Shown: positions 36,458 to 44,757, numbered from the stretch's first letter. The stretch: 56,477 nt of DNA from Eubacteriales bacterium (GCA_045531285.1 JAZSDT010000043.1:1-56477), one strand, 5' to 3'. Notes: generated from the sequence alone by a model not told the origin. Translations and numbers: made by a program.

Positions 36458-37890
36458 TGCTTGTTTACCGCATCAATAAGCATTTCACGAAGAGTCTGAG
36501 GGTCACAGTTGCCCTTAAGCTCCTTCATACACTTTCCAAAGAGTGCCATAAGAGCCTTTTCCTTACCGCCCTTGAAGTCTGCAACAGCCTTGGGGTCGGC
36601 GGCAATAGCGGCATTGATAACCTCTTCTATCTTGCCTGTGTCGTTTGATACGATAAAGCCTTCCTTCTCGGCATATTCACCGGGGTTTACACCCTCGTCA
36701 AACATAGCCGCAAGTATCTTCTTTGCATTGGGACGGCTTACCTTACCTTCGGTTACAAGGTTGATAAGCTCTCCAAGAGCTTTGCCGTCAAGCGTGAGCA
36801 TATCCACTGTCATCTGCTTCTTGTTAAGAAGATTCATACAGTCTGAAATAAGGTAGTTTGCCGCTTCCTTTGCATTTCCGCATACAGCGTAAGCCGCTTC
36901 AAAGCAATCGCAGAAGGCACGGCTTTCGGTAAGCTGGTCGGCATCGTATTCACCAAGTCCAAGCTCTTCGATATATTTAGCACGCTTGATTTCGGGGAAT
37001 TCGGGAAGTGATGCCTTTATGCTGTCATACCATTCGTCATCAATAACAACAGGCATTACGTTGGGGTCGGGGAAGTAACGGTAATCACCTGCGGTTTCCT
37101 TGTTTCTCATGGCGTAGCTCTTACCCTTTACGTCGTCCCAACGGCGCGTTTCCTGAACAAGCTCCTCTGTGCCGTTTTCAATAGCGTCGATGTGACGTGC
37201 CACTTCGTACTCAATTGCACGGGTGATGGCGGTGAGCGAGTTCATATTCTTCATTTCGGTTCTTACACCAAGCTTGTCGCTTCCCTCGGGACGAACCGAG
37301 AGGTTAACGTCGCAACGCATAGAGCCCTGCTCCATACGGCAATCCGATACCTTTGCAAAGCGAAGAAGGGAGCGAAGTCTTTCAAGATAAGCGATAACCT
37401 CTTCGGCGCTTGAAAGGTCGGGCTGGCTTACTATTTCAATAAGGGGAACGCTGGTTCTGTTGAAGTCAACAAGGGTAGTGTTTGTCCAATCGTCATGGAC
37501 AAGCTTACCTGCATCCTCCTCCATGTGTATCTGCTTGATACGCACGTTCTTTTTACCCTTTGACGTCTCTATTTCCACAGTGCCGTTTACAGCAACAGGT
37601 GCAAACCACTGTGTAGTCTGATATGCATTGGGAAGGTCGGGATAGTAGTAGCTCTTCTTGTCAAAGGTGGTTGTGCGGTTGATGTCACAGCCCAGCATCA
37701 TACCTGCTGTCATACCAAGGTCAACTACCTTCTTATTAACAATGGGAAGCATACCGGGCATACCGCAGCATGCAGGGCAAACGTGATCGTTCTGCTCTCC
37801 GCCGAACTTTGCGGAGCATGAACAGAATATTTTCGATTCGGTAGCAAGCTCAACGTGAACCTCAAGACCGATGACTGTTTCAAATTTCAT
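36454..37890 (-). CDS. gatB: aspartyl/glutamyl-tRNA(Asn/Gln) amidotransferase subunit B
   Basis: MKFETVIGLEVHVEL...CPACCGMPG...; 478 aa with a YqeY-like tail. Confidence 0.95.
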   Translation of the reverse strand: MKFETVIGLEVHVELATESKIFCSCSAKFGGEQNDHVCPACCGMPGMLPIVNKKVVDLGMTAGMMLGCDINRTTTFDKKSYYYPDLPNAYQTTQWFAPVAVNGTVEIETSKGKKNVRIKQIHMEEDAGKLVHDDWTNTTLVDFNRTSVPLIEIVSQPDLSSAEEVIAYLERLRSLLRFAKVSDCRMEQGSMRCDVNLSVRPEGSDKLGVRTEMKNMNSLTAITRAIEYEVARHIDAIENGTEELVQETRRWDDVKGKSYAMRNKETAGDYRYFPDPNVMPVVIDDEWYDSIKASLPEFPEIKRAKYIEELGLGEYDADQLTESRAFCDCFEAAYAVCGNAKEAANYLISDCMNLLNKKQMTVDMLTLDGKALGELINLVTEGKVSRPNAKKILAAMFDEGVNPGEYAEKEGFIVSNDTGKIEEVINAAIAADPKAVADFKGGKEKALMALFGKCMKELKGNCDPQTLREMLIDAVNKQ

Positions 37891-37905
37891 CTCATTTACC
37901 CCCTA

Positions 37906-39069
37906 TTACATTTTTACAAGCTCTAAAAGAGCCTTTTCGGAGAATACTTTTCCTACAAGCTGAACACCCTTTGCAACCACTGCGGGAAGTCCCGTAATGC
38001 TTGCGGGGGCTGTATAAAGGTTTTCGTCGTATGAAATACCCTTTACAGCTTCTTCAGTGTATGCCTTTTTAGACGTTGCGGGCATAAGCACTGCATCAAC
38101 GCTGTCAAAAAGCGAATCAAAATAATCAACGGTAACTCGGCGTATTCTCATAGCCTTGTCATACATCTTCATATAGTTATCGTCCGAAAGAGTTTCTGAA
38201 CCAAAAAGAATAGCCTTCTTCAAAAGGTCACCGAACGCTTCGGTACGGCTGTTTGTGTAAAGCTCGTCAATAGTGGTATAATCTGCGGTTCTGTAGCCGT
38301 ATTTTACACCGTCATATTTTGAAACGTTGTTACAAAGCTCGGCTGACATAAGGATGTTCCAAGCGGTTTTTGCCGCAAGGAGTCCTGTGCCGTCCACAGT
38401 CTTTACCTCAATGCCCTTACCTTCAAGCTCCTTGACAAACGCATCTACGTCTGCTTTAACTTCGGCATCAACGCTGTCATCAAATGCAGTTACCACAGCC
38501 ACGCTCTTTATTTCGGATTCTTCTGCTATCATATCCTCGGGAAGACTTGTGCCGTCCTTTGCATCGTAGCCCGAAATAACGTCAAGCACTTCAAGGCAAG
38601 ACTCGGCATCCTTTGCCATAACTCCAACGCAATCGCCGGAGCAAGCAACGGGAACGATACCGTATCTTGATACAGTTCCGTAGGTGGGCTTTACGAAAAC
38701 AAGCCCGTTTGTAGCAGCGGCACGGCGAGGTGCTCCGTTAGCATCCAGCTGAATTGCAGCTTTTACGTTTTCATTTTTGAGTATTTCGGCTGACGCAAGT
38801 GAAAGGTTGCCCTTTTCATCCTTTACGGCACCGAAATAAGAGGTTTCGCCCATAACGTCGATTGCGAACTCTCCCACGTTTGCCTTGCCTGCAATTTCAT
38901 ATCCTGCAGACGCCAGCTTTTCAACAACTGTTGCTTCGAACAGACTCTTGTAGCCCTCAAGCATTTTTGAGCCTGCGGTTGTGGGCATATCCTTGGTGAG
39001 AATCATATCGTCAAGTACTACCGCCTTATCGGTCTTGACAGTGTTTTTTGTTATATACATTGACGACAC
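37906..39069 (-). CDS. gatA: GatA-like amidase-signature protein, truncated and apparently lacking the Ser nucleophile
   Basis: 387 aa versus about 485 for canonical GatA. TTAGSKMLEG and KPTYGTVSRYG are conserved. GGSSGG...GGSIR is replaced by GNLSLAS...NGAPR. The gene sits between gatC and gatB. Confidence 0.8.
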   Translation of the reverse strand: MSSMYITKNTVKTDKAVVLDDMILTKDMPTTAGSKMLEGYKSLFEATVVEKLASAGYEIAGKANVGEFAIDVMGETSYFGAVKDEKGNLSLASAEILKNENVKAAIQLDANGAPRRAAATNGLVFVKPTYGTVSRYGIVPVACSGDCVGVMAKDAESCLEVLDVISGYDAKDGTSLPEDMIAEESEIKSVAVVTAFDDSVDAEVKADVDAFVKELEGKGIEVKTVDGTGLLAAKTAWNILMSAELCNNVSKYDGVKYGYRTADYTTIDELYTNSRTEAFGDLLKKAILFGSETLSDDNYMKMYDKAMRIRRVTVDYFDSLFDSVDAVLMPATSKKAYTEEAVKGISYDENLYTAPASITGLPAVVAKGVQLVGKVFSEKALLELVKM

Positions 39070-39073
39070 CTCC

Positions 39074-39355
39074 TTATTCTACAAGACGGGGAACCTGCCA
39101 GTAACCGTCGTTTGTTTCGGGTGCTGACTGCTGAAGCTCGTCTCTTGTGAAATTCTTTATTTCCTTGTCCTCACGCACTACCGTCAAAACGGGCATTACG
39201 TGAACCATTCTTTCCACGTCCTCGGTGTTTATTTCCGAGAGTGCTTCGGTTTCCTTTTCCTGCTTTGCCCAAAACTCAAGGAACTCCGTTTCTTGCTCCT
39301 CGGTAAGAGAAAGCTGGTTAAGCTTTTCAAGTCTTTTGAGTATCTTTATATCCAT
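39074..39355 (-). CDS. gatC: aspartyl/glutamyl-tRNA amidotransferase subunit C
   Basis: 93 aa. LSLTEEQ...VHVMP...REDK pattern of GatC, at the operon position upstream of gatA. Confidence 0.85.
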   Translation of the reverse strand: MDIKILKRLEKLNQLSLTEEQETEFLEFWAKQEKETEALSEINTEDVERMVHVMPVLTVVREDKEIKNFTRDELQQSAPETNDGYWQVPRLVE

Positions 39356-39385
39356 ACTGTATCTTCCTTTCCCAAAAAGAATATA

Positions 39386-41116
39386 TCAGTCTCTGACCTT
39401 GATGTGTACTTCTCTGAGCTGCTGCTCTGTAACCTCACCGGGTGCTCCCATCATAAGATCCTGCGCATTTCCGTTCAAGGGGAACGCAATAACGTCACGG
39501 ATGGTCTCTTCTTCTGCGATGAGCATTATCATTCTGTCAACACCGGGTGCCATACCTGCGTGAGGAGGAGCACCGTAGGAGAATGCTGTGTAGAGAGCGC
39601 CGAACTTAGCCTTAACGTCCTCTTCACCGTATCCTGCGATTTCAAACGCCTTTCTCATTATTTCGGGGTTGTGGTTTCTTACAGCACCAGAGGAAAGCTC
39701 TACGCCGTTACATACGATGTCGTACTGATAAGCGAATATTTCAAGGGGATCCTTGTTAAGAAGAGCATCCATACCGCCCTGAGGCATTGAGAAGGGGTTG
39801 TGTGTAAAGTCTATCTTATTTGTTTCTGTGTTGAGCTCGTACATGGGGAAGTCAACGATAAAGCAGAACTCAAACTTATCCTTGTTTATAACGTCAAGCT
39901 CCTGACCGAGCCACGTTCTTATTTCGCCTGCTTCCTTGTTTACAACGTTGATAGCGTCGCAAATGAAGAATACCGTTTCGCCTTCCTTGATGCCTACTCT
40001 TGCAGTAAGGTCAGCCTTCTGCTCTTCGGAAAGGAACTTGGCAATGGGACCCTTGTACTCGTTGCCGTTGAGAGTAAGATAGCCAAGACCCTTCATACCG
40101 ATGCTCATAGCAAACTTAAGAGATTCTTCAAAGAATTTCTTTGACTTACCCGAACAGTCTGCAACAATACCTCTTACAGGTTTGCCCTTGAAAAGAGGGA
40201 AGTCAACGTTTGCAAAGAAGTCTGTCAGATCCTCAATGATGAGGGGGTTTCTCAGGTCAGGCTTGTCTGTACCGTACTTGAGCATTGATTCAGCGAAGGT
40301 AATTCTGCGGAAGGGAGGCTTTGAAACCTCCTTGTTGCTGAATTCCTTGAAGGTGTTGTATACAACTGTTTCAGCTACTCCAAATACGTCCTCCTGTGTT
40401 GCAAAGGACATTTCAAAGTCAAGCTGATAGAATTCTCCGGGTGAACGGTCCTGACGTGCATCCTCGTCTCTGAAGCAAGGAGCTATCTGGAAATAACGGT
40501 CAAAGCCCGATGCCATAAGAAGCTGCTTGAACTGCTGAGGAGCCTGAGGAAGAGCATAGAATTTGCCCTTGTGCTTACGGCTGGGAACAAGGTAGTCTCT
40601 TGCACCCTCGGGAGAAGAAGCTGTAAGTATGGGAGTCTGTATTTCAAGGAATCCCAGAGCTTCCATCTGTGAACGGAGATAGCTGAGTATCTTTGAACGA
40701 AGCACGATATTGTCGTGAATCTTTCTGTTTCTAAGGTCGAGGTAGCGATATTTAAGTCTTACTTCCTCTCTTGTCTGTACGGAAGAATCGATTTCAAAGG
40801 GAAGTCCCAACTGACAGGGACCAAGCACCTCAATTTTGTCTGCCTTAACTTCAACCGTACCTGTTGCAAGCTTGGGGTTGACTGTCTCGGCATCACGCTC
40901 GGTAACAGTACCCTCTACAAGTACAACGGTCTCCTTTGATATGCCTGCAAGCATCTTATCGTCTGAAAATACTATCTGTGTAATTCCGTAATGGTCACGA
41001 AGGTCTACGAAAAGTACTCCTCCATGGTCTCTTACTGTTTCGATCCAACCGGTGAGAGTCACCTTCTGACCGATATGTTCGTTGTTCAATTCGTTACAGT
41101 TATGTGTTCTTAACAT
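39386..41116 (-). CDS. aspS: aspartate--tRNA ligase (bacterial type; possibly non-discriminating)
   Basis: The start was moved to ATG 41116; the track's TTG 41131 is itself the GGAGG RBS. LRTHNCNEL...GWIETVRDHGGVLFVDLRDHYG, class II motifs and the GAPPHAG motif are present. Confidence 0.95.
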   Translation of the reverse strand: MLRTHNCNELNNEHIGQKVTLTGWIETVRDHGGVLFVDLRDHYGITQIVFSDDKMLAGISKETVVLVEGTVTERDAETVNPKLATGTVEVKADKIEVLGPCQLGLPFEIDSSVQTREEVRLKYRYLDLRNRKIHDNIVLRSKILSYLRSQMEALGFLEIQTPILTASSPEGARDYLVPSRKHKGKFYALPQAPQQFKQLLMASGFDRYFQIAPCFRDEDARQDRSPGEFYQLDFEMSFATQEDVFGVAETVVYNTFKEFSNKEVSKPPFRRITFAESMLKYGTDKPDLRNPLIIEDLTDFFANVDFPLFKGKPVRGIVADCSGKSKKFFEESLKFAMSIGMKGLGYLTLNGNEYKGPIAKFLSEEQKADLTARVGIKEGETVFFICDAINVVNKEAGEIRTWLGQELDVINKDKFEFCFIVDFPMYELNTETNKIDFTHNPFSMPQGGMDALLNKDPLEIFAYQYDIVCNGVELSSGAVRNHNPEIMRKAFEIAGYGEEDVKAKFGALYTAFSYGAPPHAGMAPGVDRMIMLIAEEETIRDVIAFPLNGNAQDLMMGAPGEVTEQQLREVHIKVRD

Positions 41117-41139
41117 TGGTTTTTCCTCCAATATATTAT

Positions 41140-41400
41140 TTACTTTAAAAATTAAAAATGCCCTTCGCCCCCAAATATGGGACGAAAGGCAACTTCCGCG
41201 ATACCACCCAAATTGACTTTGAAAACAAAGTCCTCTCTTGTCACATTCACGCAGTGTAACGTGCGGTTCTAATCACCCTGTGGGCTTTCTTCCGCCGGCT
41301 CCGAAGCGTTTTTCCCATAAGACTTGCTGCCGTTCTCACACCTGCAACGACTCTCTTTGAGCAGTAACTTACGGTACTCTCTTCATCACAACCATTTTGA
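41140..41400 (-). promoter_or_regulatory. T-box riboswitch leader of the aspS-gatCAB operon
   Basis: On the minus strand I read a GA/K-turn (GUGAUGAAG), AGAGAGUA, an AG bulge (AAAGAGAG) and a distal loop (GCAGGUGUGAG). The T-box sequence AAUUUGGGUGGUAUCGCGG lies at plus 41196-41214. A terminator hairpin at 41160-41190 is followed by a U-run. Confidence 0.85.
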
Positions 41401-41407
41401 CAGCGTA

Positions 41408-41436
41408 ATTTTATCACAAATTGTTTTCTCTGTCAA
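41408..41436 (-). promoter_or_regulatory. sigma-A promoter for the T-box/aspS operon
   Basis: Minus strand: TTGACA (41431-41436), 17-nt spacer, TGaTAAAAT extended -10 (41408-41413). Confidence 0.7.
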
Positions 41437-41459
41437 TAGTTTGTACAATATTTTTTATT

Positions 41460-42683
41460 TTATTTACAGAAGTTTATTACTTTGCCGCTTAGCTCGTCAT
41501 CCGACATTTTTACAATATCGTCGGCTATCAACCTGATTCCCATGTCGTCGGCACGGGCCTTCAGAATTTTTCCAAATCCCGCACTGACGTCGAGGGCTGA
41601 TGCTACAAGAAGCTTTTTGGCGTACTTGCCTCCGAAGCGTTGCGCTACGGTATTCAGTTTGTACAGCTCGTCTATGTCAACGTAGCCGTTTTTACAGGAA
41701 ACGAAAACGGGACACATACCGCGCATCATCATTACGTCTATTTCGTTTTCAGTGTCGGTTCCTGTTTTTTTGCCGTCCCAATCAATGCACACTCCTGTCA
41801 ACACGTCGTTAAAAACGGGAGTGCCGTCTTTTTCTGCGGCTCTTACGGCTGTGGCATATATTTTCATCTCAAGCGCCTGACCTGCCTTGGTAAGACATCT
41901 TTTTACGTTGGCGTTTTTGTATCTCAGCTTAAATTTTGAGCCGTTGAATTCCCAGCTCTTTATAAGCCCTTGATTCAAGAGCATATTCATGGTTTCATCA
42001 TCAAAGCTCTGCTTTGTGATAAGTCTTTCTGTGTAGGTAGTCAACAGATGAACGTTTGCGTTTGATTCAAGGCTGTTGTTTTCAGTGGATTTGTCAGCCG
42101 CCTCGAATACCGTAACAAGATTGTTCCAGCCCTTGACGTCTCTCTTGCAGACGTTCCATATTTTGTCTACGTCTTCAAAAAGCTCACGGCTGTTATCCCA
42201 TCTGCGTGTGGCACCCTCATCCCAAATCACTCTGCCACCGTATACAGCTACGTTTTCCTCTACGCTAAGGTTGGGAAAGGGAGAAAAATCGGGTTTGCCG
42301 TTATTGTCGCAGTCATAGACCTTATTTGAATTTATATTAAATCTTACAAGCTCGATGCTTTTTTCGGGGAACCTTTCAAAGATTATACCTGCTCCCACAA
42401 GATAAAGCTCATCACCGCCCGTAAGGTCAAATACACAGTTTTCGTAGCTGTTTACAATATTTCCAAAAAGCTCAACGATACCGTCCAGGTTGTTGCGGCT
42501 CAGGGCTTGTATAATAAATTGAGTTTTTTGGCCTCGGTTTGTCAGGATCTGCTTGTAATTTTCTACAAACCTCTCCATTTGTTTTCTGTCTTTGCCTACG
42601 AAAATCACTCTTTCGGGTGTTTTACAAAGACAGGCACAGATATTTTCAGTTGCCGTTTTATCGAAAAATTCTATATACGTCAT
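41460..42683 (-). CDS. Card1/Can2-like protein: CARF-like N-domain plus DUF1887 PD-(D/E)xK nuclease-like C-domain
   Basis: The N-terminal Rossmann-like region carries FDLTGGDE. The C-terminus carries ALEMKIY..., NEIDVMMMRGMCPVFVSCKNG and ELYKLNTVAQRFGGKYAKKLLVAS, resembling the DUF1887 E...(I/L)D...ECK...GG pattern. Recognition is by eye only. Confidence 0.55.
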   Translation of the reverse strand: MTYIEFFDKTATENICACLCKTPERVIFVGKDRKQMERFVENYKQILTNRGQKTQFIIQALSRNNLDGIVELFGNIVNSYENCVFDLTGGDELYLVGAGIIFERFPEKSIELVRFNINSNKVYDCDNNGKPDFSPFPNLSVEENVAVYGGRVIWDEGATRRWDNSRELFEDVDKIWNVCKRDVKGWNNLVTVFEAADKSTENNSLESNANVHLLTTYTERLITKQSFDDETMNMLLNQGLIKSWEFNGSKFKLRYKNANVKRCLTKAGQALEMKIYATAVRAAEKDGTPVFNDVLTGVCIDWDGKKTGTDTENEIDVMMMRGMCPVFVSCKNGYVDIDELYKLNTVAQRFGGKYAKKLLVASALDVSAGFGKILKARADDMGIRLIADDIVKMSDDELSGKVINFCK

Positions 42684-43672
42684 TATCCGAATACTCCTGC
42701 GAATTTAAGCAAAAAGGACGCAAGTCCTACTGAAAGTGCCGAAAAGACGGTGGTAAATACCACAAGCTGTCCCGCAAGCACTACGTCACTTTTCATTTCC
42801 TGAGCCATTGGCACACTGGATACAGCAACGGGAGTTGCAAAAAGCGCAACAAGAGATGCAAAGTGAGCACCTGTAAAGCTGTCCTTGAAAAGTATGTAAG
42901 CCACTCCCAAGCCAAGCAAGGGCACTACAAATACTCTGAGCGCCGTACCGTAGATTATCTCCTTTTTAAGTGAGGCTACAGCAGAAAATTCAAACTGTGC
43001 ACCCAGCACCAGAAGAGACAGAGGTGTTGCCGTGTCGGACAAATATCCCAGTGCTTTGTACAAGGGGGTTACGTCTCTCAGGCGGAATTCAATCCCCACC
43101 TTGACGAACACCACGCGGATAGCAAGAGCAAGACAGCCTGCAAGGACGCTTAAGATCAAAGGATTGGTTATTATATTGTGCAGTACGTATTTAACGCTTG
43201 TTTTCTTTCCTTCCTTGGAGAAAATAGAAAGGCTTATAACAGCTAAGGTGTTGAATATAGGAATTGTAACCGCGGACAACAGTGCCGCCACGGCTACGCC
43301 CTCCTGACCGAAAAGAGACTGAGCAAGAGGTATTCCGATAAGTGCGAAATTGGAACGAAAGGACGCCTGAAGCAAAGCTCCTCGGCTGCCTCCGTTTTTT
43401 GTTATTCTCATAACCAGAGGAATACTTACGGCAAAAATAAACAGCACCACAGCTACGGCATATACAATGTATCCGAAGCTGACCTGTCCGATATCTTCAA
43501 TTTTATATACGTTTAAGAAAAGCATTGCCGGCAAACAAATTCTGAAAACTATTGTGTTTGCCTTTTTTGAAAATTCAGGGGGCATAAAGCCCTTCTTTTT
43601 GAGGAAATACCCCAACACTACCATAAGCACTATTGGCATAACGGCATTTATTGCAAAGATTAATGATTCCAC
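42683..43672 (-). CDS. AEC-family (auxin efflux carrier-like) permease
   Basis: About 10 TM segments with N-terminus IFAINAVMPIVLMVVLGYFLKKKGF typical of the AEC/MleP family. GTG 43672 is preferred over GTG 43681 on RBS (GAAGG) spacing. Its stop overlaps the Card1-like ATG by 1 nt. Confidence 0.75.
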   Translation of the reverse strand: MESLIFAINAVMPIVLMVVLGYFLKKKGFMPPEFSKKANTIVFRICLPAMLFLNVYKIEDIGQVSFGYIVYAVAVVLFIFAVSIPLVMRITKNGGSRGALLQASFRSNFALIGIPLAQSLFGQEGVAVAALLSAVTIPIFNTLAVISLSIFSKEGKKTSVKYVLHNIITNPLILSVLAGCLALAIRVVFVKVGIEFRLRDVTPLYKALGYLSDTATPLSLLVLGAQFEFSAVASLKKEIIYGTALRVFVVPLLGLGVAYILFKDSFTGAHFASLVALFATPVAVSSVPMAQEMKSDVVLAGQLVVFTTVFSALSVGLASFLLKFAGVFG

Positions 43673-43690
43673 TCGGTGCACCTTCTTTTT

Positions 43691-43799
43691 ACTCTATAGG
43701 AAATTTCTCGATTATTACGCCCTCGCCGTTTTTCATTGCAGGGATATATTTAAAGGTTGCGATAGGCGAGCTTTGCCAGCGGCTGCTAGCCGCTTTTTT
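43691..43799 (-). repeat. intergenic structured repeat, copy 11 (subtype b)
   Basis: CTCTATAGGAAATTTCTCGATTATTACGCCCTCGCCG...GATAGGCGAGCTTTGCCAGCGGCTGCTAGCCGCTTTTTT. Confidence 0.9.
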
Positions 43800-43907
43800 A
43801 TATATGCTAGGAAATTGCATTAAATCAACCTCGCCGTTTTGCATTGTCGGGATATATTCAAAGGTTGGGATAGGCGAGCATTGCCAGCGGTCGCTGACCG
43901 CTTTTTT
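43800..43907 (-). repeat. intergenic structured repeat, copy 12 (subtype a)
   Basis: TATATGCTAGGAAATTGCATTAAATCAACCTCGCCG...GATAGGCGAGCATTGCCAGCGGTCGCTGACCGCTTTTTT. It carries a compensated stem variant. Confidence 0.9.
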
Positions 43908-43933
43908 ACTCTATAGGAAATATTTTATCACGC
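43908..43933 (-). repeat. intergenic structured repeat, copy 13 (5' fragment)
   Basis: ACTCTATAGGAAATATTTTATCAC. Only the first ~25 nt of a subtype b unit are present. Confidence 0.6.
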
Positions 43934-43950
43934 TTTTATTTAAATGTCAA

Positions 43951-44622
43951 TTACCCTTGAGTTACTCTTCCGTCGCCCTTTAAATCTATTGGCTTGCCAA
44001 GGTATTTGGGCTTTGGCTTGAAAACACACCACAGAAAATCCTTGTTTCTTGCTACAAGCTCTCTTGCGTCACGTCGTAGCTGTCCGTAATAGCTGTGAAG
44101 GTCGGATGCGACACCGTACGCCTCAAGCCCAAGAGCGTGAGCTATATAAAGGGCGCGGTACAAATGGTATTCTTGCGTTACGATTATTGCTTTTTTTGCA
44201 CCGAAAACCTCTTTTAGTCTATAGATACTGTCATAGGTGCAAAAGCCTGCGTGGTCCATAAAGACACGTTGGACGGGAACACCTTTATCTATTGCAAAAT
44301 CACGCATGGTATTGACCTCGTCGTACTCCTTGGTGCCGTGGTCTCCGCTCATCAGCAGTGTGTCGCTGACTCCCTTTTTCCAAAGGTCAACTCCGGTTGT
44401 CAGCCTGTCCTCCAGCATTCCGCTGGGTGTTCCGTCGGGTCTTACAAGACATCCGAGCACAATAATGCAGTCTACGTCAGTAAGTTGTTGGGATTGTTCC
44501 GGTGTAATTATTCTGTTTTTTACAGCTGTCTTAACGTATGCGTTTACTCCCAGTGCGTAAATGAGAGTAACGGCACAAAGACATAGTATGGCTAAAAGTA
44601 ATTTTTTGATTCTTTTTTTCAT
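43951..44622 (-). CDS. sanA: SanA/YdcF-family (DUF218) membrane-anchored protein
   Basis: N-terminal TM segment. DCIIVLGCLV...DGTPSGMLEDRL...LLMSGDHGTKEYDEVNTM is typical of SanA. Confidence 0.75.
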   Translation of the reverse strand: MKKRIKKLLLAILCLCAVTLIYALGVNAYVKTAVKNRIITPEQSQQLTDVDCIIVLGCLVRPDGTPSGMLEDRLTTGVDLWKKGVSDTLLMSGDHGTKEYDEVNTMRDFAIDKGVPVQRVFMDHAGFCTYDSIYRLKEVFGAKKAIIVTQEYHLYRALYIAHALGLEAYGVASDLHSYYGQLRRDARELVARNKDFLWCVFKPKPKYLGKPIDLKGDGRVTQG

Positions 44623-44635
44623 ATCCGCAATCTGT

Positions 44636-44669
44636 AAAACGGGGCTTTTGCTGTCAAAAGTCCCGTTTT
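44636..44669. terminator. terminator-like hairpin between the ltaS-like gene and sanA
   Basis: AAAACGGGGCTTTTG-ctgt-CAAAAGTCCCGTTTT, a 15-nt arm with one G-U pair. It lies only 14 nt upstream of the sanA ATG. Confidence 0.6.
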
Positions 44670-44696
44670 ATCAAAAGTTAAAGTATTTGAAATTTT

Positions 44697-44733
44697 GTGA
44701 TAGGCGAGAATTGCCCGTGGCTGCTAGCCACCA
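44697..44733 (-). repeat. intergenic structured repeat, copy 14 (hairpin-end fragment)
   Basis: GTGATAGGCGAGAATTGCCCGTGGCTGCTAGCCAC. Confidence 0.75.
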
Positions 44734-44757
44734 TAAGCGTGTGAAGCTTGATATAAA

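Noticed and set aside
41221-41260. GAC triplets in the T-box leader (e.g. GUGACAAG) as an Asp specifier
   Set aside because: They lie downstream of Stem I, in the Stem II/III region by my fold, and not in the specifier loop adjacent to the K-turn-closing CUUC helix.
41460-42683. The Card1-like gene as evidence of a type III CRISPR-Cas or CBASS locus in this window
   Set aside because: No cas10/csm/cmr genes, CRISPR repeats, CD-NTase or other cyclase-like ORF appear among the 52 CDS. Only the orphan effector-like gene can be claimed.
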